Source of the DNA: Syntrophales bacterium
GTDB lineage: Bacteria; Desulfobacterota; Syntrophia; Syntrophales; UBA2192
Assembly (NCBI GenBank): GCA_035450185.1
Contig: DAOTMG010000004.1
Location: 10,046-74,045, forward strand
Direction of reading: 5' to 3'
Length of the DNA stretch: 64,000 nucleotides
A program made the translations under genes and the position numbers. This document shows, piece after piece, positions 57,122 to 64,000 of this stretch (position 1 is its first letter; each line of letters begins with the position of its first letter). The notes under the pieces were generated by a model that saw only the letters and a program-made list of their open reading frames with translations, did no database searches and was not told the origin of the DNA.

Positions 57122-58042
57122 ATGTCGAAAACAAACAAAAGGATTGTCAGCTGCGCCATCACGGGTTCGATTCACACGCCCAGTCTGTCACCCTATTTGC
57201 CCTGGAAGCCGAAGGACATTGCCCGGCAGGCCATTGATGCTGCCAAAGCCGGTGCGGCCTCTGTGCACCTCCATGCCCGCGACCCGAAAGACGGACGCCC
57301 CAGCGCAGATCTAAATATTTTCCGGGAAATTGTCGACATGGTCCGTGCGGAATCGGATGTCAATATCTGCTGCACGACGGGGGGCGGCGTCGGCATGACC
57401 GTAGAACAGCGGGTTTCCGTCGTTCCGGCCTTCAAGCCCGAGCTGGCCTCGATGAATGCCGGAAGCATCAACTTCGGTCTGTTCCCCATGGCCAGTATGC
57501 TAAAGGATGGAAAATTCGAATGGGAAAAGCCCCTTCTGGAATCCACGTACGATTTTGTCTTCGCCAACACCTTCAAGACCATGGAAGGGATGTGTCGGAT
57601 CATGAAGGAAAACGGCACGAAGCCGGAACTGGAAATCTATGATGTCGGCCATCTTTACAATGTCCGGTATCTCCTGAACGCCGGCGTGCTGGAAGAGCCT
57701 GTGTTCCTTCAGTTCGTCACCGGGATTCTCGGAGGCATCGGGGGTACGATTTACGATCTAATGACCCTCCACCAGACTGCCGACCGAATCTTCGGCGCGG
57801 GAAAGTACAACTGGTCCGTATTGAGCGCCGGCCGGATGGAGTTTCCCATGGCCACGACGGCCCTCTTTCTCGGGGGAAACGCGAGGGTCGGCATGGAAGA
57901 CAATCTCTATCTTTCAAAAGGGGTCCTCTGCAAGAGCAACGCTGAACTCGTGGAGAAGATGGTGCGCATCATGCGCGAATATGACTTCGAACCTGCCACG
58001 CCGGCCGAGGCCCGGGAAATTCTTAAGCTGAAGCGACGGTAG
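57122..58042 (+). CDS. 3-keto-5-aminohexanoate cleavage enzyme family (BKACE/DUF849)
   Basis: 306-aa ORF with IVSCAITGSIHTPSLSPYLPWKPKDIARQAIDAAKAGAASVHLHARDPKDGRPS, the family-typical N-terminus. Confidence 0.8.
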   Translation: MSKTNKRIVSCAITGSIHTPSLSPYLPWKPKDIARQAIDAAKAGAASVHLHARDPKDGRPSADLNIFREIVDMVRAESDVNICCTTGGGVGMTVEQRVSVVPAFKPELASMNAGSINFGLFPMASMLKDGKFEWEKPLLESTYDFVFANTFKTMEGMCRIMKENGTKPELEIYDVGHLYNVRYLLNAGVLEEPVFLQFVTGILGGIGGTIYDLMTLHQTADRIFGAGKYNWSVLSAGRMEFPMATTALFLGGNARVGMEDNLYLSKGVLCKSNAELVEKMVRIMREYDFEPATPAEAREILKLKRR

Positions 58043-58256
58043 TTTCCATATTTTGAAACTGCGAAGGAATAGACTGAAAAAGGGATAAGCGAAGGAATGG
58101 GAATGAACAAGTGATCAACGGGAGGGTTCGAGCGGGCGGTTTTCTCCCTCCTTTTACCGCCCGCTTTCTCCCGATATGGTTTAACGGACTTGCCATGAGT
58201 GTTCTTTATCGGTAGAGGGGTCAAAATTTCATTCGGAAAGGAAAGATGGAAGAAAG

Positions 58257-59042
58257 ATGGAAAGAAAATACGTGAATTACGCGATTGAAAACCGTCTTGC
58301 CGTTGTCACGATCGATAACCCGAAGATGAATGCCCTGAGTGATGAGGTCATGGATGAACTCGACGCGGTATTTGATGAGTTGGAAGCCCGCACGGAAATC
58401 GGTGTGGCCATCATTACCGGCGGCGGAACAAAGGCTTTTGTAGCCGGTGCCGACATCAAGGGTTTCGAGAAACTCATGGGGAACCGCCAGGGAGCCATCA
58501 ACGACTCACGCAGAATGCAGGCTGTTTTCTCAAAAATTGAAAATTCGCGTCTGGTTGTGATTGCCGCTATCAACGGCTTGGCCCTCGGCGGCGGCTGTGA
58601 GCTAGCGATTGCATGCGACATACGGGTCGCAGGCGACAGCATTGTGATCGGCGTGCCTGAAGTCAAGCTCGGCCTCATTCCGGGTGCGGGGGGGACGCAG
58701 CGTCTTGTCCGCCTGCTGGGAAAAGGACCTGCCAAATACATGATTTTCACAGGAGAATTTTTGAATGCCCAAGAGGCTTATCGATTGGGGCTCGTGGACA
58801 GGGTGGTGCCGGAGAAGGATGTTCTTGCAGCAGCGAAGAAGATTGCCGCTACAATCCTGGGCAACGCGCCCCTGGCCGTCGAGGCGGGCAAGCGCGCCAT
58901 AAACCGGGGTGTTGAAATGTCTCTTGAAGATGGATTGATGTATGAGGCGAAACTCGAGGGCGATCTTTTCCTGACGAAAGATCTGGCGGAAGGGGTAAGT
59001 GCTTTTATTGAAAAACGGACTCCGATTTTCAGGCGCAGATGA
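58257..59042 (+). CDS. enoyl-CoA hydratase (crotonase family)
   Basis: 261-aa ORF with ...ITGGGTKAFVAGADI..., ...AAINGLALGGGCELAIACDIR..., ...PEVKLGLIPGAGGTQRL. Confidence 0.85.
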   Translation: MERKYVNYAIENRLAVVTIDNPKMNALSDEVMDELDAVFDELEARTEIGVAIITGGGTKAFVAGADIKGFEKLMGNRQGAINDSRRMQAVFSKIENSRLVVIAAINGLALGGGCELAIACDIRVAGDSIVIGVPEVKLGLIPGAGGTQRLVRLLGKGPAKYMIFTGEFLNAQEAYRLGLVDRVVPEKDVLAAAKKIAATILGNAPLAVEAGKRAINRGVEMSLEDGLMYEAKLEGDLFLTKDLAEGVSAFIEKRTPIFRRR

Positions 59043-59061
59043 CGGCATACTGGAGACGCAG

Positions 59062-59712
59062 GTGGGGAGATCTGAATTGAGAATCGCGGCCGAAGATAAA
59101 ATCAACGATTCTAGCTTCATAACGGGGTACACCATTTACCCTGGATATATCATTGTCGTCAGCAGACACAGCCTGATGATCGAGACTGGTTTGAACAGCC
59201 TTGGACCGCGCTATTTGAAAACGTCGCAATATTTTGGCGGAATGGCACTGGATGAGATAAACGCGGATGAGGTCAAGCTCGGCGACGTGAAATTTTTCGA
59301 TCCACAGCGCGAAGGCGATGCCATCGATCTGGGAGACTGCTCCTGCGAGGTGATCTCAACGTCCGGCCACACCACAGGCCACCTCTCTTTTTTTCTGCGG
59401 GAGCCGGGGATCCCCTTTCTGAGGGAGGCGCTGAGAAATATGACTATGGAGCGGGAAGATCTGGTCAAGGTCGAATGCTTCATCTCTTTCCCGGACGTTG
59501 TGAGATCCATCGAAAAGTTGATGACGCTCAAGCCCTTCGTGAAAGTCATCGCCGTGTTCTATCTTTACTTTTACACGGACGGAGACGTACCGCGCCTCAT
59601 GGATATGGCCATCAGGGACGCCAATGCGTACCGGTCGCTGATCGAATCCTGCCTGAATACGGAAAACGGGGATGTCGAGAAGACGGCGGCTGCCCTGTCT
59701 TCCCTCCCATAG
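59062..59712 (+). CDS. degenerate MBL-fold-like protein lacking the HxHxDH motif (possibly a pseudogene)
   Basis: It retains LMIETG and ...GDAIDLGDCSCEVISTSGHTTGHLSFF blocks of the MBL fold. The ~60-aa segment that should hold HxHxDH is replaced by about 30 unrelated residues. The start is uncertain (GTG 59062 with GGAG upstream, or TTG 59077). Confidence 0.4.
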   Translation: MGRSELRIAAEDKINDSSFITGYTIYPGYIIVVSRHSLMIETGLNSLGPRYLKTSQYFGGMALDEINADEVKLGDVKFFDPQREGDAIDLGDCSCEVISTSGHTTGHLSFFLREPGIPFLREALRNMTMEREDLVKVECFISFPDVVRSIEKLMTLKPFVKVIAVFYLYFYTDGDVPRLMDMAIRDANAYRSLIESCLNTENGDVEKTAAALSSLP

Positions 59713-59807
59713 GCGGCGATGGGATGGCCCTGCGCGCAGATGTTTCGAAATCAAAAAGTATTTGTACGAATCCGGACAGACCCATTAAAAAGAGGAGTTA
59801 AGACGAT

Positions 59808-60575
59808 ATGGTGAACACAGATGTTGTGCTCTACGAAAAGAGGGATTCCATCGCTTTCCTGACGATCAACCGTCCGGAAGCTCTGAATGCTCTCAACACG
59901 GAAGTAAATCTCAAACTGATCCAACGGCTCGACCAGGCGGAGGCGGACAACGAGGTGCGGGTCATCATCCTGAAGGGAGCGGGAGACAAGGCCTTCATAG
60001 CGGGGGGCGATATAAAGGAAATGATCCACAAGAACGCCATGGAGGCCAGGGATTACGCCCTGGCTGCCAAGCGGGTTATAGACAGGATCTGGAACCTGAA
60101 AAAGCCGGTCATTGCAGCTATTCAGGGTCTCTGTCTCGGCGGGGGGCTTGAATACGCCATGGCCTGCGATCTGCGGACGGCTTCGGAGAAAGCACGCTTC
60201 GGGCAGCCGGAGATCAATATCGGGATCATGCCCGGCAGCGCCGGCACGCAGCGCCTGTCCCGCCTGATCGGTGTCACCAAGGCCAAGCAGCTCTGTTTCA
60301 CCGGCGACATGATTGAGGCAGAGGAGGCGTTGGCTCTCGGCCTGATCAATGAAATTCATCCGGCGGATTCACTCATGGACAAGACGATCGAACTGGCGAA
60401 GAAGATTGCCTCGAAAAGTGCGCCGGCACTCACGTTGATCAAATCGGCCATCAACAGGGGCACCGGTATGGACCTGGAGTCGGCGTCGCTTTTTGAGATC
60501 GACTGCTTCGGACTGTGCTTCGCCACGGAGGAGCAGAAAGAGAAGATGCTTGCTTTCGTCAATAAAAAGAGATGA
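59808..60575 (+). CDS. enoyl-CoA hydratase (crotonase family)
   Basis: 255-aa ORF with ...LKGAGDKAFIAGGDI..., ...AAIQGLCLGGGLEYAMACDLR..., ...PEINIGIMPGSAGTQRL. Confidence 0.85.
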   Translation: MVNTDVVLYEKRDSIAFLTINRPEALNALNTEVNLKLIQRLDQAEADNEVRVIILKGAGDKAFIAGGDIKEMIHKNAMEARDYALAAKRVIDRIWNLKKPVIAAIQGLCLGGGLEYAMACDLRTASEKARFGQPEINIGIMPGSAGTQRLSRLIGVTKAKQLCFTGDMIEAEEALALGLINEIHPADSLMDKTIELAKKIASKSAPALTLIKSAINRGTGMDLESASLFEIDCFGLCFATEEQKEKMLAFVNKKR

Positions 60576-60634
60576 TGAAGTCGGCCGCGCATAGGTTGCC
60601 GCAGTTTAAATGAACTGTTGAGGGAGAGGAGCAT

Positions 60635-61789
60635 ATGGGCACAGGATATTTTTTTTCAGATGAGCAAAACGCCTTCAGGGATATGATGCAGCGGTTTGTT
60701 CAAAAGGAGATCAAGCCGAACGCCGAGAAATGGGAAGAGCAGGGTTGTTACGACAAGGCGATCTTCAAGCGCATGGGGGAGCTGGGTCTTCTCGGCATAA
60801 ATTATCCGGTGGAGTATGGCGGGCAGGGTGCGGATCTCAAGACTCATCTCGTCTTCTGGGAAGAGCTCTGCCGCAGCGGAATCTCCGGCTTTGCCATGAG
60901 TGTCATGGTTCACACAGATTATGGCAGCGCCTCTCTCGTACATGCGGGCAGTTCGGCATTGAAAGAGAAGTATCTGAAGGACGTCTGCAGCGGGGAGAGG
61001 CTTTTTGCGATAGGTATCACGGAACCGAATCACGGTTCCGATGTGGCCGCCATTGAAACGAGGGCCACATTGGAGGGAGATCATTATCGCATCTCGGGGT
61101 CGAAGATGTTCATCACCAACGGGACACAGGCGGATGTGGTCAACACCGTTGTCCGGACGGGAGGCCCCGGCGCCAAGGGGATCAGCCTTATCCTTGTGGA
61201 TACCGACACGAAAGGCTTCTCCGTCGGACGGAGACTTCACAAAATGGGAATGCTTTCATCCGACACGGCGGAGCTTGTCTATGAAGATTGTCTTGTGCCG
61301 AAAGAAAATCTGATCGGTAAGGAAGGGCAGGGCTTCTACTACCTCATGGCAGGGCTGGAAAGAGAGCGTCTGTCCGGAGCGGTTCTTAGTTATAGTATGG
61401 CAGAACTCGCCCTTGAGGATTCGATTGAGTATGCAAAGACAAGGATCCAATTCGGCACACCGATCATTGGTTTTCAGGCGATCAGTCACATGATCGCCGA
61501 AATGGCCACGGAAATTGAGGCCGGCCGGCAGCTGGCTTATCATGCGGTGTCGTTGATGAATGCGGGTATTCGATGCAACAAGGAAGCGTCCATGGCGAAG
61601 TATTGGTGTGCCGAGATGTTGCTTCGCGTCGTTGATAAGGCTGTTCAGATTCATGGCGGCTATGGATTCATCAGAGAGTATCGAGTCGAGCGGCTTTACC
61701 GGGATGCAAAGCTCCAGACCATTGGCGGCGGAACAAACCAGATTCTGAGGAACGTCATTGTTGCGGAGATGGGACTCCGCGTAAAATAG
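60635..61789 (+). CDS. acyl-CoA dehydrogenase
   Basis: 384-aa ORF with GITEPNHGSD, ...QIHGGYGFIREYRVERLYRDAKLQTIGGGTNQI. Confidence 0.9.
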   Translation: MGTGYFFSDEQNAFRDMMQRFVQKEIKPNAEKWEEQGCYDKAIFKRMGELGLLGINYPVEYGGQGADLKTHLVFWEELCRSGISGFAMSVMVHTDYGSASLVHAGSSALKEKYLKDVCSGERLFAIGITEPNHGSDVAAIETRATLEGDHYRISGSKMFITNGTQADVVNTVVRTGGPGAKGISLILVDTDTKGFSVGRRLHKMGMLSSDTAELVYEDCLVPKENLIGKEGQGFYYLMAGLERERLSGAVLSYSMAELALEDSIEYAKTRIQFGTPIIGFQAISHMIAEMATEIEAGRQLAYHAVSLMNAGIRCNKEASMAKYWCAEMLLRVVDKAVQIHGGYGFIREYRVERLYRDAKLQTIGGGTNQILRNVIVAEMGLRVK

Positions 61790-61987
61790 TGGAAGCTGTC
61801 AACCCGATCGTAAGCCCCCGAAGGCCAAAAGGACTGGAATCCTTGGAGTTGTAATCCCATGATTTTCCGGTGCCGGAAGTCGGAGTTGAACGGGCATGCA
61901 CCTGCGGGATGGGGGATTTTGATGCGAAAAAGCCCGTAAACCAGGAGAGATATCTAAAATATCAATCGTAACCCTACGGGCGTGAAC

Positions 61988-62022
61988 AAAAAAGAGTCAG
62001 GATGGATCCTGACTCTTTTTTT
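61988..62022. terminator. bidirectional rho-independent terminator
   Basis: AAAAAAGAGTCAGGA-TGGA-TCCTGACTCTTTTTTT has a 9-10 bp GC-containing stem flanked by an A-run and a T-run, so a U-tract follows the hairpin on either strand. Confidence 0.75.
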
Positions 62023-62633
62023 GTGCGTCCGGCATGAACGCGGTCTTGGAGGTGGAAGTCCTCCCGTGAGTTGACCACGACAAAGAAAGCGAAGTGCAAC
62101 TAACTGAAGGTGACCGATCGTGGGAGAAGGTGTGGAGAAAAACTGCGGGTCGACGAACAGAAACCGGGGCCCGGCAGGACGAGCAAGCCAATAACCGCAA
62201 AACTCTCGTGGTTCGGTCCGAGACTGCGTAAATTCGGCGGCCGCGCGGGGAGGGGTTGTGTCCTTATCGGTGTAAATCTCGTCTTGCGTCTGAAAGACTG
62301 ACGCGGCGATGCAGAGCGAGGAGTCGGCAGGAACCGCATTAGACGGGAGACGAGGAGCCGACGGAACAAGAGGAGACGTCCTCTGATTTTGGATAAGGAA
62401 TGCCTCAGATGTGCGCAGCGTGAAGCTCGCCGGCATCCGGGCGGGGTGAATCTCGAACGGAGCGGCGACGAAGAACCGAACCCGGCGAAACGGAGACAAG
62501 CAACACCGGGCGACGCACCGGGAAAATCACAAGCGCACGGATCTCAACGGCTCCGAAGGCTCCACCGTGAGTCCGCATGCCGGGCGGTGTGGCGGGGAGC
62601 GGCGGGGATTACCCGCCGCCCCTGTGCCGATTC

Positions 62634-62709
62634 TGGCGTCCCCACGGGGATTCGAACCCCGGTTACCGGCGTGAAAGGCCGGTGTCCTGGGCCTCTAGAC
62701 GATGGGGAC
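62634..62709 (-). tRNA. tRNA-Glu (anticodon UUC), CCA encoded
   Basis: The minus strand reads GTCCCCATCGTCTAGAGGCCCAGGACACCGGCCTTTCACGCCGGTAACCGGGGTTCGAATCCCCGTGGGGACGCCA. It is 76 nt and folds as a cloverleaf (acceptor GTCCCCA/TGGGGAC, anticodon loop CTTTCAC, T-loop TTCGAAT). It is near-identical in architecture to E. coli tRNA-Glu. Confidence 0.92.
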
Positions 62710-62782
62710 GCTCTGTGGTCTGTCAAAAAACAAAGCCGGAAAGCTTTTTTTACGGCTTTACCGGTCTTAAGAAAGAGCCGCT

Positions 62783-62811
62783 TTTATATCTGCATGGGGG
62801 GGTGATGTCAA
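62783..62811 (-). promoter_or_regulatory. near-consensus sigma-70 promoter upstream of tRNA-Glu
   Basis: The minus strand reads TTGACA-17 nt-TATAAA, followed by a GC-rich discriminator (AGCGGC). It is about 70 nt upstream of the tRNA 5' end. Confidence 0.5.
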
Positions 62812-62826
62812 GAGACAAATTAATAG

Positions 62827-62849
62827 GCGGGACGGCATGCCCGTCCCGC
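62827..62849 (-). terminator. hairpin downstream of the helicase gene (possible terminator)
   Basis: Perfect 9-bp stem GCGGGACGG / CCGTCCCGC with a 5-nt loop, 79 nt after the helicase stop. It is followed on the minus strand by CTATTAATTTG, which is only moderately U-rich. Confidence 0.4.
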
Positions 62850-62927
62850 AATTTTGAATGATAAGTGTTGAGTTATGAATGAAAAATAAGTCTCAGAAGC
62901 CCTCTATCGAATAAAAACTCCGGCGAT

Positions 62928-64000
62928 TTATTCGAAGACGACGGGCTCTCTCAGGATGGCCTCGCGGGCCTTCGACGCGAGTTCGGCCACCCGGGGATGA
63001 GTGTCCCTCAGCGAGGCGATCTGTCGCAGGTTGTCGGCCGTACGGGAGACGAGCATGGCCATGTCCCCGTCGGCGATCCCCCGCTCCCCGATGATCTCGT
63101 CCCAGTCCCGTCCCCGGGCCCATTCATAAATGACAACGGCGGGCCAGAGGGGGAGGGGATCCACGTGGAACCCCGCGGACTCCAGCCTCTTTGCCACGGG
63201 ACGGATGCAATCGAAGATTTCATCGCAGGCGCGGACGAGTTTTTTCGCCAGGAGTTTCCGTGTGACGCTGATGTCCTGCCCCCGGTCGTACACGAAGGGT
63301 GCGATCACCGCGGCGAGCAGGGCTTCATTTTCGAGGGGTAGAGCGTTCTCCCGGAGGCACTCGGCGATGAGGACGGGTTGGTCCAGCCGGAGCTTGGATG
63401 CCCACAGGCCGTCTGCGGTCAGCCGGCTATCCACGTCCACAAAGCCTTCCGATTTCAGAAAATCGAGATGCCTCCCGAAATCACGCCAGAGCTCCGCCTC
63501 GACATTCTCTCTCCCCTTTTTTGCTTTTCCCGCCTGCTGGTAAGCGGCGAGCGAGTTCTCGAAGATGTGCCGTATGTCGTCCAGTTTCTGTGAGAGCAGG
63601 AGGTTCAGGACCATCGAGAAGTCGTTCTTGATCCGGCTTTCGATGTCTTCGGGTCTCGAGAACAGGAGGCGCTTGACGTGAAGGACATCCATGAAACGAC
63701 CCGGGACGAGCAGCATGAAACCGATCCGATCCTGGCCCCGCCGGCCCGCCCGTCCCGTCATCTGATGGAAGGCCGTGGCGTCGAGGGGGACGCATTCGTG
63801 ACCGTTGTAGTAGTCCGAGTTGAAGAGCACGATGGTCCTGGCCGGGAAGTTCACGCCTGCCGCGACGGTCGAGGTGGCGAAGATGGCGTCGAGGTAACCT
63901 TTCTTCATCATGGTCTCGATGAGAAACTTCCAGGCCGGAAGCTGCCCCCCATGGTGAGACCCCACGCGGTGGGTGAGAAGTGCTCTGAGCTGCCGGTGAG
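62928..64000 (-). CDS. Ski2/HelY-like DExH-box helicase, C-terminal portion (5' end outside window)
   Basis: The ORF is open to the window edge. Helicase motifs V-VI (ATSTVAAGVNFPARTIV, QMTGRAGRRGQD) are followed by an arch/DSHCT-like C-terminal region. Confidence 0.8.
   Translation of the reverse strand, partial: HRQLRALLTHRVGSHHGGQLPAWKFLIETMMKKGYLDAIFATSTVAAGVNFPARTIVLFNSDYYNGHECVPLDATAFHQMTGRAGRRGQDRIGFMLLVPGRFMDVLHVKRLLFSRPEDIESRIKNDFSMVLNLLLSQKLDDIRHIFENSLAAYQQAGKAKKGRENVEAELWRDFGRHLDFLKSEGFVDVDSRLTADGLWASKLRLDQPVLIAECLRENALPLENEALLAAVIAPFVYDRGQDISVTRKLLAKKLVRACDEIFDCIRPVAKRLESAGFHVDPLPLWPAVVIYEWARGRDWDEIIGERGIADGDMAMLVSRTADNLRQIASLRDTHPRVAELASKAREAILREPVVFE

Noticed and set aside
62054-62196. 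RNase P RNA-like sequence bits on the plus strand (GGAAGTCC 62054-62061, CCACGAC...AGTGCAAC to 62100, ACAGAAACCGG 62157-62167, GAGCAAGCCAATAACC 62181-62196)
   Set aside because: These motifs resemble conserved type-A RNase P segments, but they are compressed into about 140 nt. They are also in the wrong order (the ACAGAA-CCGG element precedes the GAGCAAG-CCAA element), and I could not build P1-P4 pairings. The purine-rich composition makes such short matches likely by chance. An Infernal scan would settle it.
62023-62633. CsrB/RsmZ-like sponge RNA (many GGA motifs on the plus strand)
   Set aside because: About 20 GGA trinucleotides are present, but that is roughly what the G/A-rich composition predicts. 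They are not displayed in regular hairpin loops, and no plus-strand promoter or terminator brackets the region.
1-64000. CRISPR arrays, rRNA genes, intact IS elements, prophage or defence-system gene sets
   Set aside because: I scanned for regularly spaced direct repeats, rRNA-like conserved blocks and hallmark genes (cas, integrase, terminase, restriction/methylase, etc.) and found none. Only a RAYT gene, an IS3 fragment and a partial Ski2-like helicase at the window edge were seen.

Overview
GC-rich bacterial chromosomal segment. Gene content suggests an anaerobic, sigma-54-rich deltaproteobacterium-like (syntroph-type) organism; this taxonomic guess is inference only. Layout: (a) 1-11.2 kb holds housekeeping and envelope genes (EamA and TSUP permeases, HD hydrolase, lytic transglycosylase, DUF763), a RAYT-type IS200-like transposase, secreted YD-repeat and dockerin-like lipoproteins, and a decayed redoxin gene. 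(b) 11.5-20.2 kb is a regulatory island. It has a hybrid histidine kinase plus receiver, and an NtrC-type enhancer-binding protein (EBP) flanked by two CsgD/LuxR-type loci. Both loci carry near-identical -24/-12 promoters and an identical 18-nt upstream motif. One locus also encodes an orphan type IV pilin and a stand-alone T2SSE_N/MshEN-like domain. (c) 20.6-23.2 kb is an EmrAB-like efflux pair. (d) 23.3-31 kb has an MBL hydrolase, a PaaI thioesterase, an alpha/beta hydrolase, a long-chain acyl-CoA ligase and a 2-hydroxyacyl-CoA dehydratase-like trio with its activator ATPase. (e) 32.4-35 kb has a SatP-type acetate channel downstream of a second EBP. (f) 37.2-61.8 kb is a large acyl-CoA catabolic island, divergent from a 1050-aa TPR-GAF-AAA+ EBP. 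It contains thiolase/DUF35 modules, three acyl-CoA dehydrogenases, enoyl-CoA hydratases, 3-hydroxyacyl-CoA dehydrogenase, BKACE, a PaaK-like ligase and a CrtI-like oxidoreductase. (g) 61.8-64 kb has a bidirectional terminator, about 600 nt of unexplained non-coding sequence, tRNA-Glu and a partial Ski2-like helicase. At least seven genes are disrupted by frameshifts, in-frame stops or internal deletion. Some indels sit in short homopolymer runs, so assembly error and real decay both need testing. No CRISPR array, rRNA or intact mobile element was seen. Nothing here can be shown from sequence alone to be a new system. The best candidates for follow-up are the sigma-54/CsgD-like/pilin regulatory module and the tRNA-linked non-coding region.
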